From an uncultured Mycoplasmatota bacterium (lineage in GTDB: Bacteria > Bacillota_I > Bacilli_A > RF39 > UBA660): a stretch of DNA of 64,000 bases. A program made the position numbers and the translations under genes. The notes under the pieces were generated by a model, which was not told the DNA's origin, did not search any database, and saw nothing but the letters and a program-made list of their open reading frames with translations. The stretch is from contig URDT01000002.1 of assembly GCA_900546745.1 (NCBI GenBank), positions 466 through 64,465 of the forward strand, given 5' to 3'. Positions 49,097 to 58,192 of this stretch are shown piece after piece; position 1 is the first letter of the stretch, and every line of letters starts with the position of its first letter.

Positions 49097-50407
49097 TTAT
49101 ATTATATTTTCTAATAAGTATTTTTCATTAAATTGTTTTTCGTTTTCTTTAGAATATAATCTATCTTGATTATAGTTTGGATGAATATAATTCATATAAT
49201 TATAAGGATTTAAACGTTTATTTAAGTCTGCATACTTATATTCTGCATATTCTCTCAACCAATTTAATTCATCATTTGCAATAGAATTATTCATTATAAA
49301 TCTTAATAATTCCATTTCATAATTTTTAAAATCTTCTTTATATAAAATTAAATTATTATCATAAAGATTTTTTACAAGATCAAATCTTTTGTTTATATCA
49401 TAGCTTGCCATAGGAGAATTAAATGTTAGTGGTGTTGCTGGGAGATCAGAACTATAAGCAAATGCTAAAGCTATTAACATTTTTTTATAAATTAATCCAT
49501 CTTTATCATCGCCAATGATTTTTTTATTATTTGTATATAGATTATTTAAGGCAATTAAAAATTTTTCAGAATTATTGATATTTCCAGATTCTATAAACAA
49601 TTGTAAATTTTGCATATCATTTAGTAGCCAAGTTAAGGTTTCTTTCATTGTTTTAGTTGAATCATCTTTCACTGCAGTTTGTATGTTCCAATAACCTAAT
49701 CGATTAACTAACTCTCTTTTGAAAACTAACTCAAGATTATCTTTATAATTTTCTTCTACACTATTTTTATTTAAAATATTATCATAATATGAAAGCGGTT
49801 CTATTTCATTAAATAGTTCTGTTTTAATATTGTAATTTTCTTCGACTAATCTAGCATCTGCATAAACAGCATGGTCTACAGCATTTGAGCCGTTTTGATC
49901 AGCATATAGTCTTAAATATTTATAGTCTTTGATATTTAAATCTATCTCAAGTGCATTACTTTGAGATGTCACAGGATCAGATTTATATATTTCTTTCCAA
50001 TCTTTCCCATCATTAGATACTGATATTTTGAACCAAACATCACCAAGGCCATTTTTTGAACTATCAACACCAAGTTTTGCAACAAATCTTGTATATTTGT
50101 TTGAATATGTTGATATATCGTATGTAAGTTGACTAGTTGCGTGAACTCCCATTCCTTTATTAAAAAATACCTTTTCTCCATCAACTAATAAACTTATTTT
50201 ATTTCCTTCGATGTTCTTGTCTTTTTTTATTTCTCCCCAACCTACATAAGACCACTTATTTTCAGTTATATAGTCCATATCAGAAATATAATAATAATTT
50301 TTTGTTGGAACATCTATTGCATAAGATTTTATTGGTAACATTAATTGAACTAATAATAAAAGCATTAGTGCAATTGACATAATTTTAAATTTATCTGTTT
50401 TTTTCAT
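49097..50407 (-). CDS. secreted NPCBM-domain protein; likely the 5' part of the same split gene
   Basis: Signal peptide and an NPCBM-like module (YISDMDY...GWGEIKKDKN...GMGVHATSQLTYDI...VDHAVYADARL). The downstream ORF frame stays open across this stop. Confidence 0.65.
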   Translation of the reverse strand: MKKTDKFKIMSIALMLLLLVQLMLPIKSYAIDVPTKNYYYISDMDYITENKWSYVGWGEIKKDKNIEGNKISLLVDGEKVFFNKGMGVHATSQLTYDISTYSNKYTRFVAKLGVDSSKNGLGDVWFKISVSNDGKDWKEIYKSDPVTSQSNALEIDLNIKDYKYLRLYADQNGSNAVDHAVYADARLVEENYNIKTELFNEIEPLSYYDNILNKNSVEENYKDNLELVFKRELVNRLGYWNIQTAVKDDSTKTMKETLTWLLNDMQNLQLFIESGNINNSEKFLIALNNLYTNNKKIIGDDKDGLIYKKMLIALAFAYSSDLPATPLTFNSPMASYDINKRFDLVKNLYDNNLILYKEDFKNYEMELLRFIMNNSIANDELNWLREYAEYKYADLNKRLNPYNYMNYIHPNYNQDRLYSKENEKQFNEKYLLENII

Positions 50408-50730
50408 ATTTACCTCACATTTTTTATTAAAAAAGATTAAAAATTATATGGGAAATTATATCCAAAAAATTAATATAGATAATTAATTGGAATACCACTA
50501 ATTGTCTTTTTAATTTTTGATTTTAAAACATTTTTATTATGTCTTACAAGAATTTTTTCTAGTGGAACAATTTTATCATTTTTTTTATATTTTTTCAACA
50601 CTTTTTGTAAAAAATTTCTTTATAAAAATTTCAAAAAAATATAAAATTCAGGAAAATTCTTTTTTTTAATTTGAGTACCTAAATGAGGGTATAAAATTAC
50701 TTAATAGTTATAAAAGCATTTAATATAAAC

Positions 50731-50759
50731 AAAAATGAGAGCTTTCGCTCTCTTCAGGG
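50731..50759 (+). repeat. island-flanking direct repeat DR1, left copy (terminator-like hairpin)
   Basis: AAAAATGAGAGC-tttc-GCTCTCTTCAGGG. Both 12- and 13-nt arms are identical to the right copy; the loop differs. Confidence 0.75.
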
Positions 50760-50865
50760 TGAAAAAGAATACCCTATTTTTTTGTCATATTTTTCATTAT
50801 TATTGATTTATCACTTGCTATATTTCTCGTAAATAGCCATATTTTACCTATTTTGCTCTATGTAG

Positions 50866-50888
50866 TTGTTCCCCATTTGTTCCCAAGA
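50866..50888 (+). repeat. island-flanking direct repeat DR2, left copy (tandem TTGTTCCC motifs)
   Basis: TTGTTCCCcatTTGTTCCCAAGA matches 62361-62383 at 20/23 positions. Confidence 0.75.
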
Positions 50889-50915
50889 AAAAATAGAACT
50901 CATTTTTAAGTTCTA
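50889..50915 (-). terminator. terminator of the RM operon
   Basis: Minus strand AGAACTTAAAAATGAGTTCT hairpin followed by ATTTTTT. Confidence 0.75.
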
Positions 50916-50926
50916 CTTTATCTACA

Positions 50927-53467
50927 TCATGAATCCCTTCTATTCGCCAAAAATTCCAATAATCTTAATGCCTCATTTAATTTTAATTCATAATCACTGC
51001 CAAATAAATATTTTGCCCAGATAATATCTATATTTCTTATTTTAGGATTTTTTAAATCTAAAAACTCTATATTTGATTTTTCATTATTAATTTCTTCTAT
51101 CATGTTAGAATTAATTTTATTTATTTTTGGAACAAAAGTTTTTTTAATATCATTTACTTCCATTTTTCTCATTCCTTCTTGATCTTTTGAAGAAACTTCA
51201 CATAATAATTGATAAAAAATTGTGGTCATCCAACTTGATAATACCAAAGCTGAATTGTAGTCTTGCATAGAGCACACTACAAAGTTTGTTGAAACAAAAG
51301 ATGTTTCATTTGTTAAATATACTTTTCCAGATTTTCTAATTGCACGAGGAATTAAAACAGAATTTGCAGATACTGCATTTCTACTTTCACTATTAAGAAT
51401 AGCTATTAATTCTTCATAACTTTTTTGGGTTCTTTGTTGTCTTCCTTCCCTAGCTGGCAAAGATAAATATAAATTTACTATTTCAGAAGTTATTTGTGGT
51501 TCGTTATTTGAAATATTATAAAACTTTGAATCACCATTAGTTATTTCATAATTATCCATAAAAGCATTTCTAATACCTATAGATGTATTTACCCCAAGAT
51601 TTGAAACTGAGCTCCAAAAGTCATCTCTTGAGTCAATAAACAACAAATCACTTCCTCCTGAATTTCCAGCTTGACCTCTTCTAAAAATTGTATTTGATTC
51701 TTCAAACATCTCAAGTTTATCAGAAGTTTCTATGTTCTCTTTAACATATTCTATTGATTCTATCATTTCATTATTAAGTTGTCTCCATCCATCATCTATA
51801 GAATTCTCTAATTCATCTTTGCTAACCTTTTTACACATTATACCTGGCATATATGACTTAAACTCATTATCAAATTCATTTTTTAAAACATTTTCAAATA
51901 AATGTATATCAATGTCTGGTATATTATCATAACTTGATATTATTTCAATCTCATTATTATCTTGTTTTGAACTTCCCACTAAAACACATGTGTCCATCAT
52001 AACATCATTAAATATTCCCTGTCCTGGATACATGAATACCTTTTTTAGTCCAAAATTATTTAATAAATATTTTCGTATTGCCTTTGCTTCTTCACCTCTA
52101 GCCATTAAATGTGTTTTTGGAAAAACACAGGCAATAATTGTTCCTGTAGAAACCAAAGTATTTATTAACTCTAAAAACACACCTTCTAATGACATTTGTC
52201 CAACATTTAAAATTGCTCTACTACCTTTAATTTCCTCTATAGCTGAATATAATATATTTTTCCTGTCTACACAATTAATCCCCGCTACGAATGGTGGATT
52301 CATTAAAATAATATCTATAGTATTAAAAAATTTTCTTTCGAAATTTGCTATATTTCTATTATATATTTTAGGTGAGTTTTCTTTATTAATAATATTTGCA
52401 TATTTTAATCCCAATCTTAAAGAAAGTAATTCTAATAATTTTATATTTACATCATTTACTATTATTTGATTAGGCTTTAAAGAAAAAATATCAATTGCTG
52501 AGCTTATTAAGTTTCCACTTCCAGCAGCTGGATCACAAATTATATTATCATTCTTGTCAGTCATTGATTTTGCAAGTACTGACACCAATCTTCCTAATTC
52601 CAAGTCCGTAGGAACTTCCCCATAGTGTTCACGACCAGTTGATACAATTTGATGTAATATATCAGCTATTGTATCACCATTTATATTTGTCTTTCCAAGT
52701 TCATATAAATCTATTAAAACATTATTTGGTATTTGAACATCAGGGGCAAAATTATCTGAATCATAAGAAAATATATCTTTAAAATTAACTCTTGATGCTT
52801 CATTACATATTCTAGAGATATTATTGTTGAATACCCTAATATCATGCAAATCATTTCTTCTAATAAAATCAAATGAGCCTCTAATATATTCATAGAGCAT
52901 CAGTGCAAGTGAAGATTTCCATTCTTTATGTTTTTCCTTTACTGAAGTTGCAATATTTGCAAATTCATCAAATGTAATTAAATAATCATAACTATCATTA
53001 AAAAAACTTTGTAATTTTTCGATATAAAAATCTGTTAATAAATCTATAAATTCTTCTTCTGTTGTATCTTTAAACAAAGCAATCTTACATAGACCTGGCT
53101 TCAATATTTGTTGAAAAACTTTTTCTTTAGAAGGATCATATCTTAGTAAATATGCATATTCTAAATTTGTAATAATATAAAAAGGTTTTTCAGTAATTCC
53201 ACTATTCATTTGAACGTAAGACATTGCTTGATATTGATATCTAGCACTGTTAACATCAGCTGGTGTTCTTTTAACTTCAACTACACATGCATACTTCCCA
53301 GTTGACTTATTTTTAATTACAAAATCCATCTCTAGACTTCCCGTATATTGATGGTGTATTACTTCATATTGACTATCCATTTTTAAATTCTTAATTGCTC
53401 TATTAAGAGCTTTTTCACAAATTGGATGAAATCTTCTTACTTCAGAATCTGAATATGATATCCACAT
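50927..53467 (-). CDS. type IIG-like fused restriction endonuclease / N6-adenine DNA methyltransferase
   Basis: N-terminal PD-(D/E)xK (D48...E64-V-K66: EMDFVIKN..VVEVKR), motif I DPAAGSGNL, motif IV NPPF (52289-52300), and a long C-terminal specificity region. Confidence 0.7.
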   Translation of the reverse strand: MWISYSDSEVRRFHPICEKALNRAIKNLKMDSQYEVIHHQYTGSLEMDFVIKNKSTGKYACVVEVKRTPADVNSARYQYQAMSYVQMNSGITEKPFYIITNLEYAYLLRYDPSKEKVFQQILKPGLCKIALFKDTTEEEFIDLLTDFYIEKLQSFFNDSYDYLITFDEFANIATSVKEKHKEWKSSLALMLYEYIRGSFDFIRRNDLHDIRVFNNNISRICNEASRVNFKDIFSYDSDNFAPDVQIPNNVLIDLYELGKTNINGDTIADILHQIVSTGREHYGEVPTDLELGRLVSVLAKSMTDKNDNIICDPAAGSGNLISSAIDIFSLKPNQIIVNDVNIKLLELLSLRLGLKYANIINKENSPKIYNRNIANFERKFFNTIDIILMNPPFVAGINCVDRKNILYSAIEEIKGSRAILNVGQMSLEGVFLELINTLVSTGTIIACVFPKTHLMARGEEAKAIRKYLLNNFGLKKVFMYPGQGIFNDVMMDTCVLVGSSKQDNNEIEIISSYDNIPDIDIHLFENVLKNEFDNEFKSYMPGIMCKKVSKDELENSIDDGWRQLNNEMIESIEYVKENIETSDKLEMFEESNTIFRRGQAGNSGGSDLLFIDSRDDFWSSVSNLGVNTSIGIRNAFMDNYEITNGDSKFYNISNNEPQITSEIVNLYLSLPAREGRQQRTQKSYEELIAILNSESRNAVSANSVLIPRAIRKSGKVYLTNETSFVSTNFVVCSMQDYNSALVLSSWMTTIFYQLLCEVSSKDQEGMRKMEVNDIKKTFVPKINKINSNMIEEINNEKSNIEFLDLKNPKIRNIDIIWAKYLFGSDYELKLNEALRLLEFLANRRDS

Positions 53468-53468
53468 A

Positions 53469-54557
53469 TTAATCCTCCTCTACATATTTTTTTAATTGTT
53501 CAGCAATTATATTAGCCAATAATGGTGGAACAGCATTGCCAACAATTAAATTTTTTCCCTGTTTACTACTTGAAACTAATACATAATCTGGGAATGATTG
53601 TAACCTTAATGCCTCTCTTACTGTTATTAATCTATTTTCCTTATAATGTATATTGCATCCAACATTAGGTCTATTAAAATAAGTATTTATTGTGTAAGAT
53701 GGCAATTTAGGGTCTAATCTACCGTAACAAGTTGTATGTCCACCACTTTTTTGTAATCTTCTAATTCTTTGAGAATTTATATTTGATGGAATATCCATAT
53801 AATTTCCACCTGGTTTAACGCTATTTACTATTATTTTATCTAGCTCACTCATTTGTGGCATTATATGATCTGTAACTACTTTATTGTTATTTCTCACCAA
53901 TTTTTGATAATCATTTTTCGGTTTATATTTATATTCAATTTTTCCATCAATAATATTTGGTAAATCCTCTAATGCATCCTCCACACTAACATATTTTTTT
54001 AATCCATTAGTTCCATCTTCGTTATGAGTTGGTGATGGGAATTCGAAAGAATCATTCATCAATCCTACAATAATAACCCTTTTCCTTCTTTGTGGAACTC
54101 CATAATCAGCCGCATTTAATACCTTAGTATTAATTACATACCCAATTTTTCTAAATTCATTTTTTAGTAAATCTAAAATTTTTTCTCCTGCACTATTTTT
54201 AGCAGAAAGAATACCAGTAACGTTTTCAAACACAAATGCTTTAGGTTTGATTTTATTAATTATTTTTAAATATCTCCAAACCAATTGACCTCTAGCATCT
54301 TCAACATTCCTTTTACCTGCTAATGAAAAAGATTGGCAAGGCGGACCTCCAATTACAATATCACCATTTGGTATTTCATTTAAATCTATTTTGTTTATAT
54401 CACCTAATATAATATGATTTCCAATATTTTTTTTATAAGTTTCTACCGCATTTTTTTCATTATCTATAGCCCAAATGATATCATATCCAGCTTGCTTAAA
54501 TCCTAAATCTAAACCGCCACCACCTGAGAATAAACTGACAACTTTATTTTTAGACAT
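53469..54557 (-). CDS. dcm: DNA (cytosine-5)-methyltransferase
   Basis: Motifs I SLFSGGGGLDLGF, IV GGPPCQSFS, VI ENV, VIII QRRKRVIIVG, X GNAVPP. Confidence 0.92.
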   Translation of the reverse strand: MSKNKVVSLFSGGGGLDLGFKQAGYDIIWAIDNEKNAVETYKKNIGNHIILGDINKIDLNEIPNGDIVIGGPPCQSFSLAGKRNVEDARGQLVWRYLKIINKIKPKAFVFENVTGILSAKNSAGEKILDLLKNEFRKIGYVINTKVLNAADYGVPQRRKRVIIVGLMNDSFEFPSPTHNEDGTNGLKKYVSVEDALEDLPNIIDGKIEYKYKPKNDYQKLVRNNNKVVTDHIMPQMSELDKIIVNSVKPGGNYMDIPSNINSQRIRRLQKSGGHTTCYGRLDPKLPSYTINTYFNRPNVGCNIHYKENRLITVREALRLQSFPDYVLVSSSKQGKNLIVGNAVPPLLANIIAEQLKKYVEED

Positions 54558-55986
54558 CTTGGGCCTCCAATCTATTTGCTTTTATTAAATTATATATTTC
54601 TATTATTTTTTCAAATTCCATATTCATATATTTACTTAATATAAATGAAATTTTTTCAATGCCATTTTTTTCTTTTCCGTTCATTATATTTTCAGAAAGT
54701 TCAATTAATTTTTTCTTATCACTATTCGTAATTATTAATGGATTCACAATATTTAAATTATTAAAATCGTATTTTTGAATCTTTAATAACCCATTACCAT
54801 ATTTTTTACCTGTCTTTTCAAGTTGATAATAAATATAATAATTATTTAAAAGTGCAAAAGCTAACTTTTCATCAATATTACAATTTATTATATAAAAATT
54901 ATCTCTAACTATTTCAAAGTTTTTATTATATATAAATCTAATATCATTTCTAATAAAATAATTAAATATTATTCCAGTACAATTAAATGTTTTTATTTGA
55001 TACCATTTTTTATTATTTTTAATTTTATTATAAAGAGTTTTCGGTTTACCTTCTTTAAGTATTCTATTTTTAACATTTAATAAATATTTACTACATTTTT
55101 TTTCATTATCTACGATCAAAATATTATCATATTTAGAATTATTGGTCGTATATCCCAATATTTGTTTAGGTGTTGAAATAATTTTTTTTAAGTTTTCTTC
55201 ATTCTTAATAGAAGGATTTATGAACGCATCATTATATCCAGTTGTTATACCTCTTTTAATTTTAAAAACATTATCAAACTTAACACAGCTTCCAGATAAA
55301 TCCTGATATTCAATGTTATCCTTATAATAAATTCTGTTATTTTTGAAAACTACATTATATGCTTTATATTCATTTTTATCATTTAAGTTCTTTTTTAATC
55401 TCATTATTACAACATCAGTTAAAACATTATCTTCAAATACATCTCCATGAACATTAATAATTTCTTCAATTCTGCACGTGTTATTTATTTCCTTTATAAA
55501 TTTTTTACCAGAACTACTTTTTTGCCAACTTCCAGGAAATATAACAACTAATTGTCCGTTCTTTTTTAAGAGATTAATGCTTTTAACAATGAAATACATA
55601 TACATATTGGCATTTTTAGGTAAATTTGAAAATATAGTTTTCTTTTGCATTAATGCTTTATTAATTCCATATTCTTGCAAATCATTTATTTTTTCATGTC
55701 TAATATATGGGGGATTCATAATTATCAAATCAAATTTTCTGTTAAATCCTTTTTTTAAAAAATCATAGCAATATAAATTATCATATTTTGAAGATATTCT
55801 ATTATATAATTTAGGATCCAACTCACAACCGCATATATTTCTATAACCTTTTTTATATAGTTCTTCTATAAAAACACCTGCTCCAAAACATGGATCTAAT
55901 ATATAATCATCAGGTCTAATTTCACATAATGATATCATAAATTGTGCAACACTGTTCTTTGTAAAAACTTGTCCTAAATCAGTCAT
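54550..55986 (-). CDS. gamma-class N6-adenine DNA methyltransferase (TaqI/Eco57I-M-like)
   Basis: LGQVFTKNSVAQFM, motif I DPCFGAGVF, motif IV NPPYIRH, and a C-terminal target-recognition region. Confidence 0.85.
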   Translation of the reverse strand: MTDLGQVFTKNSVAQFMISLCEIRPDDYILDPCFGAGVFIEELYKKGYRNICGCELDPKLYNRISSKYDNLYCYDFLKKGFNRKFDLIIMNPPYIRHEKINDLQEYGINKALMQKKTIFSNLPKNANMYMYFIVKSINLLKKNGQLVVIFPGSWQKSSSGKKFIKEINNTCRIEEIINVHGDVFEDNVLTDVVIMRLKKNLNDKNEYKAYNVVFKNNRIYYKDNIEYQDLSGSCVKFDNVFKIKRGITTGYNDAFINPSIKNEENLKKIISTPKQILGYTTNNSKYDNILIVDNEKKCSKYLLNVKNRILKEGKPKTLYNKIKNNKKWYQIKTFNCTGIIFNYFIRNDIRFIYNKNFEIVRDNFYIINCNIDEKLAFALLNNYYIYYQLEKTGKKYGNGLLKIQKYDFNNLNIVNPLIITNSDKKKLIELSENIMNGKEKNGIEKISFILSKYMNMEFEKIIEIYNLIKANRLEAQDV

Positions 55987-56146
55987 ATGAAATTACACCT
56001 CCAATACTATAATCTCCCTTATATAATTATACCATAATCATTACAAAAATTCCTTTGAATTAAGTAAAAATACAAATAATAATATTAATATTGTAATTAT
56101 TTGACTTATTTTTTGTTTAGAGTGATTAATACATACGGAGGTGTTT

Positions 56147-56470
56147 ATGTTAAGGAAATGTACTGATGAAGATATAAGCGATGAAGAATGCGAAAAGGTT
56201 ATTGATCCCTTTTATGAAAACTATGATAGTTATTTGAAAGAATATGTTATTCCTGAAGTTATAGCATTTTATATTGCTAGTTCTTTCTATAGAAATGCTA
56301 TGTGGGAAGCAACTTTCAAACAACATTTTAATTCTGCTTTTGATACATTTAATTTGATGTGTAGAAATTATAAAAAAATGAAAGCTGAAGTTATTAAGCT
56401 ACTCAGATTAAAATATTCTTTAGAAATAATAAGTGAGGATCCCTTGAACTTCAAAATAATTGAGTATTAG
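56147..56470 (+). CDS. hypothetical protein (island cargo)
   Basis: 107-aa ORF with a GGAGGTG RBS; the GTG at 56141 lies within that RBS. No family recognised. Confidence 0.45.
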   Translation: MLRKCTDEDISDEECEKVIDPFYENYDSYLKEYVIPEVIAFYIASSFYRNAMWEATFKQHFNSAFDTFNLMCRNYKKMKAEVIKLLRLKYSLEIISEDPLNFKIIEY

Positions 56471-56522
56471 TGATTGCTAATGCTTTTTTATTGTAGTAGT
56501 AATAATACAATAAAAATATATA

Positions 56523-56566
56523 TTCTTTTCTTATTCTTATTCTTTCCTTATCCTTATTCTTATCCT
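56523..56566. repeat. pyrimidine-rich short tandem repeats (CTTAT/TCTTAT units)
   Basis: TTCTTTTCTTATTCTTATTCTTTCCTTATCCTTATTCTTATCC. Confidence 0.7.
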
Positions 56567-56585
56567 AGGAGGTCATTGATTATTA

Positions 56586-56637
56586 TTTGATTTCAATTTG
56601 ATTATATTTTGATTTTTGTTTGATTTGATTTTGATTC
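56586..56637. repeat. TTTGATT iterons, four phased at 11 bp plus two closer copies: candidate island replication origin
   Basis: TTGA cores at 56587, 56598, 56609, 56620 (11-bp spacing), then 56625 and 56631. They lie about 130 bp downstream of the rep gene stop. Confidence 0.6.
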
Positions 56638-56762
56638 TATTTTGTTTCATAAATGATTTGCTTTCCAAAAAACTCACGGAAAATTTTAATTTGTGTGTAT
56701 TTAGGTGGCAGGTAGGTCTTGATTTTTCTTCAAATAAAAAGGGCTATCCCCAGGGGTGATGC

Positions 56763-57527
56763 TTAAAATATATCATCAAAATAATGATTATTTGTTTCAT
56801 ATTCATCATTCCAACATTCATTTTTAAACCAATTAGAACCATATTTTATATGAATATCAGGAGTACCCTCGTTCTTTAAATAATCTATATAGTTATCCAA
56901 CCCTTGTTCTATAAAATCAAATGATTCTCCATTTTTTATTGCTTGATTATAATAATATAAAGCTTCCTTTTTCCCAACTTTTTTAGGATATTTATTCCAT
57001 AAAAATTCAAATTGATTTATTATTTTTGGATCAATGTCAGAAACATCAAAAGTGCTATATTCCTCTTCTTTTTGTTGTTCTGAATTAAACTCTTCTTCTT
57101 TTTCCTCTTCTTCATTATTCTTTTTTCTTCTTATCTCATCTAAGGCAACCAATGGTAAACCATCTGGCAACCCCTCTTCATTATATAAGTAATATGTTTT
57201 GTTATTTAGATTTACTCCTATCATATTTTTTTCATTTTTAAAATAAGTTTCATGATATCTGTCATTTCTTATTTGATTATTAGCAAGCCAATGTCTTATT
57301 GCTAGTGGTCCTGAATCAAATAAATAAACAAATCCTTTATCAATTAATGTTTTAATATCTTCTTCAGTACATTCTGCAAACTTTGTTATTTTTTTAGGAT
57401 TACCAATAAAGCCATCATCATATGCTCTTGTTCCTAATTCATAGTAAAGTAATCTTGCAGTAGCTGGTAGATCAGTAAATTGATCTGAATCAACTATATC
57501 AAGACTAAACATTCTTCTTCTAGCCAT
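56763..57527 (-). CDS. phage-type replication / replisome-organiser-like protein
   Basis: N-terminal MARRRMFSLDIVDSDQF..LP..ARLLYYEL....DDGF pattern. Acidic linker. C-terminal FEFLWNKYPKKVGKKEA... resembles the conserved phage C-terminus (Phg_2220_C-like). Assignment is from memory. Confidence 0.5.
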   Translation of the reverse strand: MARRRMFSLDIVDSDQFTDLPATARLLYYELGTRAYDDGFIGNPKKITKFAECTEEDIKTLIDKGFVYLFDSGPLAIRHWLANNQIRNDRYHETYFKNEKNMIGVNLNNKTYYLYNEEGLPDGLPLVALDEIRRKKNNEEEEKEEEFNSEQQKEEEYSTFDVSDIDPKIINQFEFLWNKYPKKVGKKEALYYYNQAIKNGESFDFIEQGLDNYIDYLKNEGTPDIHIKYGSNWFKNECWNDEYETNNHYFDDIF

Positions 57528-57771
57528 TTATTGTTTCACCATGCTTGTAATTAGGAATATTAAAATAATCAAGAACCATATCCATTGGAACTAATCCATT
57601 TTGTACTTTTGACTTTCCATCATAAAACTGATTACTTATCACATTTAATACTTCTCTTGCTTTATTTCTACCAATTGCACCAATATCCATTATGTCTTTA
57701 ATACTAGCCCATTGATATTCTGCTATTTTTTCTATTTCTTCTTTTGTTAGCATTTTTCTTCTTTTTCCCAT
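57520..57771 (-). CDS. small DNA-binding protein, DUF3173-like (possible excisionase/RDF)
   Basis: 83 aa; LTKEEIEKIA....A...I......G....NGLVPMDMVLDYFNI resembles DUF3173 proteins found next to Firmicute integrases. Confidence 0.4.
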   Translation of the reverse strand: MGKRRKMLTKEEIEKIAEYQWASIKDIMDIGAIGRNKAREVLNVISNQFYDGKSKVQNGLVPMDMVLDYFNIPNYKHGETING

Positions 57772-57813
57772 AATAAAAATCCTTTCTATTGTATTTAATA
57801 TAATATTTATCTC

Positions 57814-57835
57814 TTTAAAGCTTCTCAGACTCTAA
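57814..57835. repeat. 22-nt inverted repeat, left arm, flanking the repressor/cro module
   Basis: TTTAAAGCTTCTCAGACTCTAA is the reverse complement of 58903-58924 at 21/22 positions. Confidence 0.8.
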
Positions 57836-58047
57836 TTTAATACTAATGCATTATCTTTTGCTGAATATTCAAATTTGCTAAATTTAGCATCATATAGTTT
57901 TAACATCTTATTTAGCATTTCCATATTTGGAATTGTTTTTTTAGTTTCATAACTTCTTAATGTAACTGTACTTATTCCTAATGCTTCACTAGCTTTTTCT
58001 ATTGTATATCCAGCATTTACTCTTAATGCTTTAAGTGTTATTTTCAT
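57832..58047 (-). CDS. Cro/XRE-type HTH regulator
   Basis: MKITLKALRVNAGYTIEKASEALGISTVTLRSYE. ATG 58047 follows a GGAGGAGG RBS. It is divergent from the repressor gene. Confidence 0.75.
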   Translation of the reverse strand: MKITLKALRVNAGYTIEKASEALGISTVTLRSYETKKTIPNMEMLNKMLKLYDAKFSKFEYSAKDNALVLN

Positions 58048-58144
58048 TGCTTCACCTCCTCCTATCTTCTTCTCCATTATAGGATAAACATTTCTGTTTG
58101 TAAATATCTTTTTATCATTTTCATCATTTTTCTTTGCTTTTGCG

Positions 58145-58173
58145 TTGACAAATTTATCATTTTATTTTATTAT
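58145..58173 (+). promoter_or_regulatory. promoter of the CI-like repressor
   Basis: TTGACA (58145-58150), 17-nt spacer, TATTAT. TTATCATTTT is repeated twice in the divergent intergenic region. Confidence 0.55.
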
Positions 58174-58192
58174 GATATTGGAGGTAGGAAAT

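Noticed and set aside
50470-50600. Short minus-strand ORF (about 45 aa, ...KNDKIVPLEKILVRHNKNVLKSKIKKTISGIPINYLY) in the intergenic region left of the island
   Set aside because: It is too short, has no start or RBS support, and no family was recognised. It could be a gene remnant, but I cannot support that.
51732-52469. Plus-strand ORFs inside the RM fusion gene (and 55478-55768 in the N6A methylase)
   Set aside because: They are antisense to genes with clear methyltransferase motifs and have no independent support.
56480-56760. Possible CRISPR array or minisatellite
   Set aside because: The repeat units are only 5-7 nt with 11-bp phasing and no spacer-like unique segments. Iterons/origin is the better reading. 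No CRISPR array was seen anywhere in the window.
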